Program-made: the position numbers and the translations under genes
Assembly (NCBI GenBank): GCA_013265495.1
Contig: MU058221.1
Location: forward strand, 558,001-622,000
Source of the DNA: Vicugna vicugna
Lineage: Eukaryota
Reading direction: 5' to 3'
Length of the DNA: 64,000 nt
Notes under the pieces: model-generated
Database searches by the model: none
What the model saw: the letters and a program-made list of their open reading frames with translations, nothing else
Told to the model about the DNA's origin: nothing
Shown here: piece after piece, positions 50,289 to 64,000 of the stretch
Layout of the letters: every line of letters begins with the position of its first letter
Position numbering within the stretch: the first letter of the stretch is position 1

Positions 50289-52321
50289 AGGGGAAGCCTG
50301 ACTCGTTGAGGGCTGTTTGATCCTATTTTGTTCCATTTCTTTTCCAAGCAGGGTTCAGCTTTGGAGAAATTTAATTATTAATACATGGTTGAGAGTCATA
50401 TACACAAGGGTTGCCCCTTACAGTGTAACGGAGGCACGTCAGAACCTTCTCAAGTCTTGTCTGTTTAATTCTTTTAAAATATATCTGATTTATAAATAGC
50501 ATTCTTATAGTAATTATATTTCAATAATGACATGCTTGGAAATGCTCGTTTGTTTTACCACCAGTTTTGTCACTTTGGTTTACTGGGGATTTATAACACA
50601 CAGTTTCTTTTTCTTGCTGGATTTTAAGTGCCTATTATAACATGGAACATGTTTCTAGTAATTGTACTAAGTCAGAGGGAGCTACCTGTAAGATATTTTA
50701 TACTTATTACTATGTTCAAACTCCCAATAGAACAGCACACAGATGACAAAGAAAAAAAAAAAGATCTTTTGAGATAATCACAGTCTATGGTTACCTGGTG
50801 TTTTAAGTTGAAAAGGAACTGAAAAGTTGCAACAGAAATAATGTGTTGGGAAGACGGGTTTTAAATTTTAGCTACGATAAAAGAGTAATAACCTCCAGGA
50901 ACCAACATAGGTTATAATCTTTTTTGGTATTTAAAACTCATATTTTCTAAACAAGATCGTTGTCACATGCATTTATTATTTTAAATAGCCTCTCTCAAGA
51001 AAGCATTGAATTTATATTTATGAAGACATTTATTGCACACTAAATGCCAAGTAAAGATTATAAAAAATATCTTTATCGAAGTCTAACAGAATGAAAGACA
51101 TTTTCCATTAGTAGTATAATTAGCTTATAATTATGAAAGCAATAAATGCATAATTAGCTTTTTTATTCTCAATATATTAATATTGCATACAATATTGGCC
51201 ATGCAGCTGTAAATAATATTGACAAATTAAATCACCATTTCCTGTGTACTGCATATCAATCTAATTGAAGGGACAGATACTTTCAAAACATAGGCAAGTT
51301 TAAGAACTGTTCCACCACGAATCTACACAGAGCCCGTCTCCTTGGGGACCTGCAGACACATCATACTTGCCCGTATTTGAGGGGGTACTGGGGGGACAAT
51401 AATCCAGATTATGCAAAAGTCAGCATTAAAAATAGGACAACATATCCTCTTCATTTGCTCTTCAATTTATTTCTGTTTTAATAGCACCTTTAGTTTTATA
51501 CTATAAAGACGGCTTTTTTGTCTCTCAAAAGGTAATATGCCTTATTAATTGGCTTAATACCAAAGAAACACCAAACTTATAAACAATGAGATGAGCTATT
51601 TAAATATTAAATAAAGACATACACTGCAAATGTTCAGAGCACTGCACCCTTATGTTTCCCTTATTTTGAGGGCAGTGAATGAAGAACCAGCATGCCTGAG
51701 TCTGAAACTCCAGTACAGTCAGTCCTTCAAGATTATATTTAAAATAGAGCGCATTCTTATTATACCTTTATTAGTGATAATTAAAAACTAGAAATCATGT
51801 CATTGTTCTATTACGGCATGTTGCTGTATAAATATTGTATATCCTGTAAAGATGTATTTTAAATATTTAAAATAAAGATTTCGAAGTATTTTTAAAATTT
51901 GGAGAAACGTTCACTATAAAATGCTTTCTTAGACATTCCATTGAAAATAAAACACACAAAGTACATGCCGAGCTTTGCGGTATCACTGCGAAACGAGCCT
52001 CCCTGTAACCAAACCCAAGGCAAGAGGCAGAGCTCTGCCAGCCGCCTGGGCGTCTTGTCCGAGGGCACCAGTGCCAGTGACGTGCTCCCCGACGTTCACG
52101 GCGACCGCCTTCCCGCTTAATTTCAAAGTGTGCTTCCTCAGACGCCGTCGTCTAATCTTGTTGAGTTTTAAAAAGTATGATACGTCTTAAGTCACTGTTC
52201 AACCTGCAGACACTCCACTTTTCTCTTCCTAACTATGGTCGGAAGACTGTGGGGCATTTGGGCCTCCCACGGTCTGGATTTTGCTGATTTCACAGTCGTG
52301 GTACAATTCAACATTCCTTTG

Positions 52322-53271
<950 letters not shown>

Positions 53272-53354
53272 ATTTTTTTCCTGAAACTAGGCAGCTGAAT
53301 CTACAAGATTGATTAGACTTGGCTTTAATCACTCTGTCAAGAGTAAGATGATGT

Positions 53355-53552
53355 TTTCTTTCTTTCTTTTCTTCTGTATGTAAATATTTATTCAGGTACA
53401 GTCAGTGTACAATGTGTCAATGTCTGGTGTGCAGCACAGGCTTCAGCCACACAGGAACATGCACACACTCGTTTTCATGTTCTTTTTCATCATCAGTTGC
53501 TACAAGATACTGAATACAGTTCCCTGTGCTGCACAGTGTGGACTTGCTGTTC
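53355..53552 (-). mobile_element. 5'-truncated LINE-1 3' end
   Basis: Reverse complement of the 3' UTR seen at 22.3 kb (tacaagatactgaatacagttccctgtgctgcacagtgt). Confidence 0.85.
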
Positions 53553-53859
53553 ATCAGAGGATGCTTTCTTTCTTCAGGAAACATATTACATCTGTCCGCT
53601 TGATGCTGCTAACAACTGTTGATGTGCAATGCCTGGAATCATGAATTTTTTGAAGACTGTGAAATGTGATAGTCCAACTCTTCTTTATGTATTAGTTGGA
53701 ATAACTCTGTAGAGAGAAACTTTCACGCCTACTCTCAGTGTTACAGTTCATACAGGAAAGACAGGATAAAGTGAAGGCTTCCCCCCCATTATTTACCACT
53801 TTTAAAGAAAATGAATTGGTTCCCTGCTGTCCTTTTTCTTTTCATTTTTTTAAAGTAAA

Positions 53860-54360
53860 CTCTTTATTTTGAGATAACTGTATATTCACATGCAGGTGTA
53901 AGAAATAATACAGACAAATCCTATGTTCCCTTTACCCAGTTCCCCTCAATGTGAACATCCTGCAAACTGAAGTGCAATGTTACAGCCAGGCTGTTGATAC
54001 GCGTGGAGCCAAGATATGCGTAGAGTCAACATTGCTTTCACCACAAAGGTCCTTTTTGTTTCAGTTTTAAAACCAGTCACTTCTTTCACACTCCAAGCCT
54101 CTCTGTGTAAAATAAAATACAATAAAATAAAATAAAATAAAATGGAATTATACAACACATAATCTTTTGAAATTGAACTTTTTCATTCGGCGTAATTCTC
54201 TGGATATTTGTGTTGTTGCATTTATTAAGAGTCCATTCCTTTTTATTTCTGAATGTATTTCACATTATAAATATACTACGATTTAACAGTTTACCTGTTG
54301 AAGAATACCTGAGCTCATTCCAGTCTTTAGATCCTTCAAGCACAGTGGTTATAAATGTTC
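53860..54360 (-). mobile_element. Old LINE-1 3' region (L1MC/L1MD-like)
   Basis: tattttgagataactgtatattcacatgcaggtgtaagaaataatacaga...ccctttacccagtt. Related fragments flank the pyrimidine array and recur at ~54510. Confidence 0.7.
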
Positions 54361-57012
54361 CTCATTTATTAAATATGTAGGCTAGTTTTGTAACATTGAA
54401 GTACATTTTTATTAATTTTTGTAACATTTAAGAATTTTAACAAATACTAAGTATTGAAAATCATAGGCTGCCTATGAAAAAGAACAATCTATAATTTTTT
54501 TGAATTTCTGATTTTGAGATAATTGTAGATTCACATGCAGTTATGATTTTTTGCTTTGACCATCAAACATAACTTTGAGAACGAAGAAAAAAACAGAAAA
54601 CTTATATTTATCCATATTTTTGCTTACAAATGTCTTTCTTTTTAATTTTCTAAGCTTTCTTTTTATTGTTTCCTTTCTGCTAAGATAATTCCCTTTAGCC
54701 TTGTGCACAGTTTTGTTTTCAACATTCTCTGTATGTATAGAACTGTTAAGGTTATTTCCAAAATTTATATTAGAAAAATTACATAAACTCTCTATAATTT
54801 CAACCAGCACTTTAAATTACTACTTGCACTTCCTGTATTGTAATAAATGTCACTTTTAACGTGCACACACACACACACACACGTTATTTAGAACAGGTTT
54901 CCTGGCGGTTAACCCTCCTAGGTTTTCTCTGTCAGTGAGGATAGATCGTACGTCTATCTGCTTGGATTTGAGGGGCCGTGGGAATTACCTCATCACATAC
55001 ATTTGTGGTAAATATTATCCATGGGTTTTTAATTTAGCTCTCTCACTTCTCTGTCCATTCTTGTGTGGGATTTGGGGGAGACTAAAACACTATGCACATT
55101 TATAGCCATATTTTCTCACAATAATCAAGGTAATTGGCTTTTAAGGTATTTGTGCACTACTTATAAATTACCCTTCATAATTCCGAGGAAAAGAAACTGT
55201 CTTCAGTTTCTCTCACATACAGCATTTTTTCAAAGGGGAAATAAAGAAAAGGAGATTGGCGTAAGACCGTTCGCAGCTTGGCAGCTCTTTTCGCTGAAAG
55301 AGGCTCACCTGTGAATGGGGGCAAGGGAGGGGCAGGTTTTCAGCGGGGGCAGGTGAGATGGTGATGCTTTCAACTTTGGTTTTACAAGATATGAAAAAAA
55401 ACAACATTTTCAGTATTAGTATGTTACCCTATATATTTGTAGAAATAAAACCCTTTGAAATAAGAATATTTCCAAATATAAGTTAAATATATTTTAACAC
55501 ATCAAAATTCAAGACAGTTAGATGCACAAAACAAACACATTGAAGTAGAAACCAAGGAGGGAGAATGAAACTGGACTATCTTGCAGGCCAACTGCAGATA
55601 GAGAATATCTACTTCTTCAATATTTCCCAATGAAAGTGAATCTCTATGTGTTAGACATAGTTCAAGGTTATAATAAACTAAAGTGAAAGAGAAGGATTTT
55701 TATCTAAGAGCAAGACAGAAAAAGAAGGGGAGCTACTTTACAGTGAATATGAGCTGAGATTAACAAAAGGCAGAGACTGAGCTAAAAAAAGTTCAACTTC
55801 CAATTGCTATATATTTTCCAGAATTGACAATTATTTGCAATTTTGAAAGGATGAAAGTATCAAACTAAAAAGGAATACATAGCTTAACATATGGAGTGGT
55901 AGTAAGTTGGCCCCTAATGTGTTTATGAGTTAAATAGTTACAAACATATTTTTCCACAATTTTAAAGAAATTTGCTGATGACTTCTAAAAGCTCTTTTCC
56001 AGGAATGTAAGTGAGTTAAATGCTAGAATACTAAAGATAAAGAAATCATTTTCTAATAATGAAAATACAAATTGTGGAATCAAGGAGAATATATAACTCT
56101 AGCAACAGTTTATGTTGAAATTTTTTATAAAAGACAAGCATCTCTCACATTAATAAAAAAATTGCAAAGAGTGAATAAATGAGTAAAACTCCAGTTAAGA
56201 CATTTCAATCGAAATAATTGACTTTTCTCATGAGATTACTGGATTGACAGACTCTACCATAGATGCCAAGTGCGTTGTGTCTTGATTTATCCAAGTATGA
56301 CCATGCCTGATATGTTACTTGTGTGTAGATAGGTGTGTACCTTGTGGAGGTGATAATAAAATCATATAGAGTCACAGCTGGTGACCTTAATCATACATCT
56401 AGATGAGGCTGACTAGTAACTTTGTACCACTTTCGAGGGAGGTGGCAGGTGTCTCTTTATTAAAGATTTTAAGGAAATTATGGAACTAAAGTTCAGCAAA
56501 TTTTCAGATGATAGAAGATCAACAGGATAGCTCACAAAATTGATATTTAAAATAATACTAGTGTGCTCTCCCACAAACAATAAATAAAACATGGAATGAA
56601 AATTAATAGTATAAACGTTAAATTTCAAAACAGCACCGGGAGCGGGAATAGCCGTCATGTGGGGAATGGGAACTATCTACCAGCCACAGACGTTTCAGTC
56701 AAACAAGATCTTGGTAAGAATCAAAAATGTGATGATATAGATTTTAAAAATTGACCTGTAAGGTCCAGTAACTGTGTCCAGCAATGGGAAACAGGTAACC
56801 ATAAGCGCCACTGTCTAAACACATTCTGGGACATCACGTTCAAACGAGGGTTATGCCTAAAAAGGGACTACAAACACTTACATGTGGTCCAAAAAGCCCA
56901 ACTAAAACGGGGAGGTTCCGAACGTCATGCATGTGAGAAACGGTTGGCAGGAATAGCCTGGTGCTAATTAAAACGGCTACAGAGAGTGCCTGGTGAGCGG
57001 CACCGGCTGAAG

Positions 57013-57221
57013 CAGAGGTGGGTGCACACGCTCCTGGACCCAGCGCAGCTCGCCACCTGTCTGCGGGGCGTTGCCTGGAAACAGTCACCTCGCACTCATT
57101 TGTGGACGGGCTGCTGCCCTCGGCAACGGCAGAGTTTAGCAGTTGCTACAGTGAGCAAGCGGCCCACAGCCTAAAGCACTAACTATCTGGCCCTTCACAG
57201 AAGACCATTTACCAACTCTTC
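57013..57221 (+). mobile_element. MER58A-like hAT-Charlie DNA transposon
   Basis: caacggcagagtttagcagttgctacag...cagcctaaagcactaactatctggcccttcacagaa matches the MER58A 3' half. Confidence 0.8.
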
Positions 57222-59244
57222 GGCTAGAAAAACATCTAAGGAGACATGCGTTTGCCTGTTCAAACGTGCATTTTGAGAACTACCCGTCTTTGTGAGCATG
57301 TACCCATTTACTTAAATGCCATGAATACTGGATGCCTACTGGGCGTCAGAAATGCTGCTAGACGCTTGGATTCATCTGAGGTCTCCATGGGAGAAAGGGT
57401 CTGTTTGATTCTTTTTTTTTTTTTTTTTTTTGCCTGGAAGTTTGTTTTGCACACGGACAGTACCCAGTGGTTATTTATTCTGTGAATAAATGATAAATCA
57501 GTCAGGTAGAGACTCTGCTTTCTTGGAGCTTACATTCTGATGAGAAACATCTGTTATGAAAGAATAATTGCATAATCATGCACAGCTTTAGGAAGCTCTG
57601 TTAAGGAGAAAAAGAAGTTGCTAAAGAAAGCATGTACATTGTTTTGCTAATTCTGACGTACATTTTCTGTCACATTTTTAACAACTCTGAAGTAAAAATA
57701 CTGTATATTTCAGTCAATGATGTCACCCCAGAAAAAAATGATGTATGTTCTTATTGGTTAAAAAGTCATAACTGGAGGCTTCTCTATCTGTAAAAGGTAA
57801 TGTTTAAGCTGAGCAAATAAGTTTTTCTTCACCCAGCAGGTTGAACTGAGATGGCAATGGCTTTAGGTGGAGTCAGACTCCGCTGAGGAATTACATCAGA
57901 ACTACAAGGATTAACAGTAGTTGATTTCCATTCGCCCTCTTCATCCCGTGTTGGCACTCGGGGTGAGCTTCCTGGCAGGAAAACCTGACTATTGACTGCA
58001 TTCTACAGGACCAACGGCAGTAAAAATTGTAATTGTGACCACAAAGGACGTTATCAATTGTCAGAGTCAAATTTAAATGCTGGTTAAGTGCTAGCTACTA
58101 TTCTTAAGTAGACAGTTTTTATATAGAAGAGAGTTTATCGCAATAAAATGAAGAACTTAAAAACTGGGGTATTAATGATCTTTAATCCTTACACAGCAGT
58201 TACTATTTTCAAGAACTGGTACACGCGCTTAAGAGAGAAACGTTCTATTGCTGTCGGGGCTCGGAGGCTTGCCCGTGGTCCCTCGGAGGGAGTCGTCGGC
58301 CTGAGACGTAAACGCAGGTTGAACAGCTCGTGAAATTACGTTCTTAACTGTGGGCGCTGTGTTGTCTCTCAAACCAGAACTGTCTGAACAATAAAGTGGG
58401 TTAGTCTCAGAGCCTAGCACTGTCTGTCGTTTAGCAGAGCACGGACTTTATCCGGAGTTATCGTGGACAAGACCTGTTCGTTGAGTTAGTAGCTTGATTT
58501 CACGAGCAGCAAGTGTAACGCTAAGACAACGTGATTCCGTGAGAGGCAGTCGCCGTCTGTGTCACAGATCCCGTGCTAGTAAGTAACGTCCAGCTGCTCG
58601 GCAGCTGCACTTGTATTTCTCCCCTCACGGGCTTTAGTGAGCTCTTTCTGGTATCATCGTAAATCAACCTGTTCTATTTTTAAAGCAAACTGATTCTACA
58701 TGGTGCTTAGGAAAATGATTCTCTCAAGTTTTCATACCACGTTCTATAAATGATCGTAAAAAGGGATATTTTACGGTTCCGTTAACTATTGTTTTTATTT
58801 TGAATTTTTGCTTGACATTTAAGTGGTTCTGCCAAATTTTAAAATTACCTCAGTGTTCCTGGGTAATCATGTTTGAGAGTTTAAGAGTACCCAGGTGTTC
58901 TGATTTGGTAAAAAGAAAACGTGAGTTATGCCCAAAATATTAACCATTTACCTTTCCTAAGCAATACGGTATGAAGTACCAGAGAGCAAGGAACCAGGGG
59001 CACATATGCATCTCAGGAATTTCTGCAGAGAATTCCATATGCATATATACTTGCGCATATGTAAGTGTGTGTTTGTGTCTGTGTGTGTGACGTGGTTGTG
59101 TCCCTTCACACTGAGCAGGAGGGGAGAAGGCAGTGGAAGCCTTGCTCATTTTATCAGTGATGCAAATTCCAGGGGTGTCACTGTTTCTTATATCCAAACC
59201 TAAGCACAAGGGCACTTCTCAAAATTAATTTTGGAATTACTTAC

Positions 59245-59353
59245 CTTCCAAAAATTTAAATACATCCCTACTCCCTTTCATTATTGTGGATAATTGAGCA
59301 CTGCCAGTGTCAGGAAAGGGCCATATTTTGATTAGTGCTTTGAGTTCTTTTTC
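59245..59353 (-). other. Candidate 109-nt exon
   Basis: Minus strand reads cttcaattttattag|GAAAAAG...TTGGAAG|gtaagta. One frame is open. Prediction only. Confidence 0.25.
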
Positions 59354-59379
59354 CTAATAAAATTGAAGCAGTGCTCTCT

Positions 59380-59525
59380 CTTTTTTTAAATAATTTTTTA
59401 AAAATTTTTTGGGGTTAGGGGAGATAATTAGGTTTATTTATCCTTAGAGGAGGTACTGGGGATTGAACCCAGGACCTCACACATGCTAAGCACAGGCTCT
59501 ACCACTGAGCTACACCCTCCCCTCC
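59380..59525 (-). mobile_element. tRNA-derived SINE, Vic-1-like, with TSD
   Basis: Reverse complement gggagggtgtagctcagtggtagag...cctgggttcaatccccagtacctcc. 14-bp TSD aagcagtgctctct at 59366-59379 and 59527-59540. Confidence 0.95.
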
Positions 59526-60241
59526 AAAGCAGTGCTCTCTTGATAGTCCGAACAAATCTAAAAGCAAATCATGGCCAAAAATGTTAACAATTGAGTTTCC
59601 ATATCATTGTGTTCATATACAAGGTTTAAGGCCATCATATCTTGCAATATTTACTTACTGTGCCATTTTTAAACCTATTTTAGTTTTAAGCACAATCTTA
59701 ATCCTTCTGTAATTTCCTAAAATTATATTGTTTTCTTATAGACAACTCGACTTTCCTTTGTGTATAATACTTTAGGGAAATAGTCTTGTATAAGACAAAC
59801 ATGATTTTTTTCTCCTTTTGTACTGGTAAAAAAACCTAAAAGACAAAACCACGTGTTTACACACATAAACATGTAAGCTAATCCCATCTCATTCCCTGTT
59901 CCTTCCACAAGCCCCAGAATCATACTGAAATGTCAAAAAAAGATTTTAACTGATTAAATGCACCATAGATGACTACTGTCTCTCACATGGATGCAAACTG
60001 GTTCATTAGGTTATTAATGTGAGAAGCGTCTTTCATCTGTAATTTAAAAATTAACAATTATACACTAATAAAATGAACACCAGAATTATGTCCTCTAAAT
60101 TACAGAAAAAAAAAGAAAAACAAAAACAAAAGAGAAGAAAAATAGGCCACATAAAAAGCTATAGGATATATAAATAGTATATTCTCAAGATGAAATGCAA
60201 TGTATAAATTAAAAATCATTTTAACAAAACTGATTACTTAC

Positions 60242-60311
60242 CTGAGGAATACGGTTGATTAATTTTTAGGTAATAAAAGCAGACTATTAATCAGTATACA
60301 CAGAATGAAAC
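60242..60311 (-). other. Candidate 70-nt non-coding exon
   Basis: Minus strand reads tttgctgttgttcttaaatgctcag|GTTTC...CCTCAG|gtaagt (consensus donor). Stops in all three frames. Confidence 0.4.
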
Positions 60312-62049
60312 CTGAGCATTTAAGAACAACAGCAAAATATATATATATGTATATATATCTATCTATATATAGATATATATATACACACACAGATATATGT
60401 CTGTGAAATATTCAAATTACATATATAAAACATTTAGGGAAATTTTCTAAATTTTTAATTTATTCTTTGTTCTTTCATGCTTTTCTGCATTCTGTGTGTG
60501 CACACATATTCATATTATATATGATGGATGAATGAGTATGTGTATGAATTCCATATAAGCTATAATCACATTTTAGGAAAGCATGAATAGTGTTGTTATA
60601 GCATTTTATCCCAACAATTTTTGTCTAAATGTGAATGTTAAGCTTTGAATATTTTTGAAATAGTTATTCTGAAAGAACACCAACTCTATTTGAAGGAAAA
60701 TAAGCAATGTCAAATGGGCAGCAATGAAAACTTTGATTACAATATACAAGATGTTCTTGGAGTTCTTTTTATGAGACATTAGACTGATTTGTCATCTGAT
60801 TTGATGACAAACACTAATCAGGCTTGTAGCTGTAGTCACTGGTCAGCGGAGATCGCCTCCCTCACCAAGAACACCCTTTGAATGTGTCTACGCTGTATGT
60901 TGCCTTCAGGCCAGAATCTCATCTCTCCATTCACCATGAATTTTCCAATTTCCCATCCTATGACTGGTACAAAATAGGTTTTCAATTAATAGACATTTAA
61001 ATAAATTAACAAGAGATTTCTAGTCATTAAGAGATTACACTTATAATCGGAAATGTTCATAAATTATATGATATTACAAAACTAGGTTGAATAAGAAATT
61101 ATAGACAAGAAAGAGAAAAGCAAGACCAAATGTTGAGAGCTCTTCTCACCTCCCACAAAATTAGATGGTGATTAAGAGTAGAAATGACAGCAGAGGAAAT
61201 GGAAAATTAATTTCCAGGGCACACAAAAGGAAATCCAGGAGATTCTGGTGTCGAGGATTCAACAAGAGAAGAATATTTCAAGAAGGAAGGCGAGGTCAGC
61301 TCTGTTGAAGGCCACTGAGAAGTAGGGTAAAATCGGGACAGAGAAATGTGAAACTGGACTTAACCACAGAGATTATTGACGACCCTTGAAAGAGCAAATT
61401 CTGTGATTAAGTGGGGATTATTTTAAATCTATTTTGTTAGTGGTAAAAGTCATTTTAGTCTTCAGATAGGGTGGCCTCATATAGGGAAGCCAAATTTGGA
61501 ATGGGTTAAGAAGTGATCGAGAGGTTACAAATTTTTATTTAAGTAAGATAACTTAGAAGGAGATTTCTAACTTTGTGCTTCTCAAATTACCTCACAAGCT
61601 TATAGTCACCTAATCCTGAAGACATCCTTTTGAATTGAATGCCCAGAAGTATCTATTTTTTTTTCTCATAAGGACACATAGCATACAGTGGAACACAAAA
61701 GAGATTAAATTCTAGTTTTTCTAATTCACTGACTTACTCTTTTCACAACAAAATCCAGTATAATTCTCTGTGACATACACCTTAATTATAAGATAATGTA
61801 AGCATTTAATACTTTATAAATAGACTTTGAACTACTGTCAGCAGTTAGACAAATCTAATCAATAATGGTAACTTCTCAATATTGCTAACGGCTTTTCCAG
61901 GTTTCCCCCCTTGGAATTTGATGTGATTAAGCTCTAAGGAACAGCTTAATGATTTTGAAATTCCAGGCTTCAGCTGAACCTCCCTAGGATGTTAGTGTCT
62001 TACTGTCAAAGAATTAGATTTGACCTTTAATTAATACATATTATTTGCA

Positions 62050-62250
62050 GGTACTAACTACTGTATGTGAAATAGATGAACAACAAGTTTATACTGTGTA
62101 GCACAATATTCAATATTGTGTGGTAACCTATAGTGAAAAATAATGTGGAAAGGAATATATGTATGTATATGAATGACTGAACTATTAATGCTGCACACCA
62201 GAAATTGCCACAACATTGTAAACTGAATATACTTCAGTTTAAATAAAAGA
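62050..62250 (+). mobile_element. 5'-truncated LINE-1 3' UTR
   Basis: aaatagatgaacaacaagtttatactgtgtagcac...gcacaccagaaattgccacaacattgtaaactg. Confidence 0.85.
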
Positions 62251-62864
62251 TATATTATTCCTCCGGCAATGTAGACGTTACCACATAAAAACTAAAGGAT
62301 CCAACTTGATCACTTACACATTTGCATCAATAAAAATGAACCGCCCACCTAAATGGAATAATGAAGACATTATCACAGGAACATTAAAAGAAAGCATTAT
62401 GTTAACATGAGAAACCAAAGTCTGAGACAATATTGAAAAAAAAATTGTGGGTATGGGAGCAGGAGAAACATAAAATAATTGCAAAATCAAGTTCACAGAG
62501 TGGGAGGCAGCACTTCTGGCTTTGTCCGCGGTTCCGTATAGTGATTGCATAATTGCACGCACTAAAGAGTTACTAACCTGAGATGTGAGGGGGAGGATGT
62601 CAAAGTTCCTAGACGTGACAGCCCCGTTTAATCCTGCAGGAACTGGTGGTTCCAGAGATGCTTAGCGCTCTAAAGGCGCCCCACCCCTGCCCAGCGCTAG
62701 GCCTTCGCCTACGTGACTCCTCAGTGGGATGGAACCGTAAGACTTAACTTGCCATTTCCCTCTCCCCTACGTCAGGCCACCACGGCGGTGGGATGGCATT
62801 CCCCTGCGAGGCTCCAATCATCTAGGAAGCCAGGAGTAAACATCCACTGCTGTTTTCTTCAGTA

Positions 62865-63263
62865 CAGGAGTCCCCACTTGCCTGTGGTTTCCCAGTGGTT
62901 TTAGCTACCCACTGTCAACCTTCGTCAGAAAATACTGAATGGAAAACTTCAGAATTAAGTGATTCATAAATTGTAAATTGAGCACAATTCTGGGGATTGC
63001 AGTGGAATCTCCTGCCACCCTGCTCCGTCTCACCAGGGATGTGAACCATCCCTTCGTCCCGTGTACCTGATCTGTTAGTCATTTAGTAGCCATCTCAGTT
63101 ATCAGATAAATTGTCGGAGCTATTACACTGCCATAGGTATGTAAGTACAGGAAAAACTACAGTGTGTGTGTGTGTGTGTGTAGGATTCGGTACTACCGGA
63201 GGCTCTGGCATCCCCTGGAGGTCTTGGAACACATCCCCCATGGCTAAGTGGGGGGCTGTTATG
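62865..63263. mobile_element. MER44-like (Tigger7-derived) DNA transposon with internal (TG)n
   Basis: TA|caggagtccccactt start and tcttggaacacatcccccatggctaagtgggggg end (degenerate TIRs). Internal gttagtcatttagtagcc and ttcggtactac match MER44. Confidence 0.85.
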
Positions 63264-64000
63264 TAGAAAGAGAGGACATGGGCGGCTTCAGGAATCCTGG
63301 CTTCCCAACAGAGGTCCTCATCCAATTCGATCAGTGTTAAAATAACTTACACAGGCTGTGTTGGAGATCAAGCTCATATTCGTCATCAAATAATACGCTC
63401 TCCTGTTCTCTTTTTATGAGTCTTGAATTTACAAGGGACTCAGTCACTTAAATCCCTGCAGGCCATACTATTTCCCTTTATAACCCCTGCTTAATCCTGC
63501 CTTGCAGGCAATTTCAAACATCACACAGCTCCTAAGTGTTCTGTCGCCTCTCATTGCTTAAAGCGCTACTTGCAAATGTAACCATCTCAGTGACATCTCC
63601 CATTGCTGCTTCATTCCTCCTAGACGGATAACCGCTGAAAACCCTCACACTTATTCAACACATCGCGTCTCCTTCAAACGGAGAACCCAAATATCCATTT
63701 TAAAAAAAACGTAAAGACTCAGATCCTGGGAAGGAACGCTTCACTGTGTCCTGAGCATAGCAACTGAAGACCTCTGGGTGGTCCCCCGTGGACGCGTTTT
63801 ATATCTGCTTTCAGTTTCCAGCATCTTTGACTGGAGTTGAGGTTTGCCTACAATTAGATGATTATAGGTTTTAAACGTTCTCCCGCTTTTAATTTCAGTT
63901 TAAATTGGTTTTCTATTAATGCATCTGGTGGGAAGCGCACGCGTATCTGGCCCGCTCTCTCGAGGATTTTAGTAATGAAGTGCCTGGAGGCCGGTGCCAG

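Noticed and set aside
59380..59525. tRNA genes here and at 3717 and 39629
   Set aside because: The tRNA-like heads are followed by a SINE body, an A-rich tail and (here) a TSD.

Overview
Mammalian genomic DNA, most likely a camelid (alpaca, llama or camel). This is inferred from three tRNA-derived SINEs resembling camelid Vic-1, artiodactyl-type L1 3' UTRs, and no recognisable ruminant BovB/Bov-tA or pig PRE-1 SINEs. The window reads as intronic or 5'-gene sequence. I recognise no host protein-coding exon; the only real protein-like ORFs are L1 ORF2 remnants. The central landmark is a CpG island (~33.8-34.4 kb) with a splice donor on each side: GT on the minus strand and GC on the plus strand. 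A chain of small minus-strand exon candidates (70, 109, 90, 11, 33 and 12 nt) suggests a long minus-strand gene with microexons and an internal CpG-island promoter, with possible plus-strand antisense exons; all are predicted from splice signals only. Structural oddities are a 950-nt purine-free tract built from 31 perfect copies of (TC)4(TTTC)5, a 184-bp tandem duplication beside the island, a 3 x 71-bp minisatellite, an inverted pair of MER41-like ERV1 LTRs (one with an intact GAS motif), a 5'-inverted L1, and a nested MER33/MLT1A/L1 cluster. There are no prokaryotic systems, CRISPR arrays or true tRNA/rRNA genes. Repeat family names come from recalled consensus features and need RepeatMasker/Dfam confirmation.
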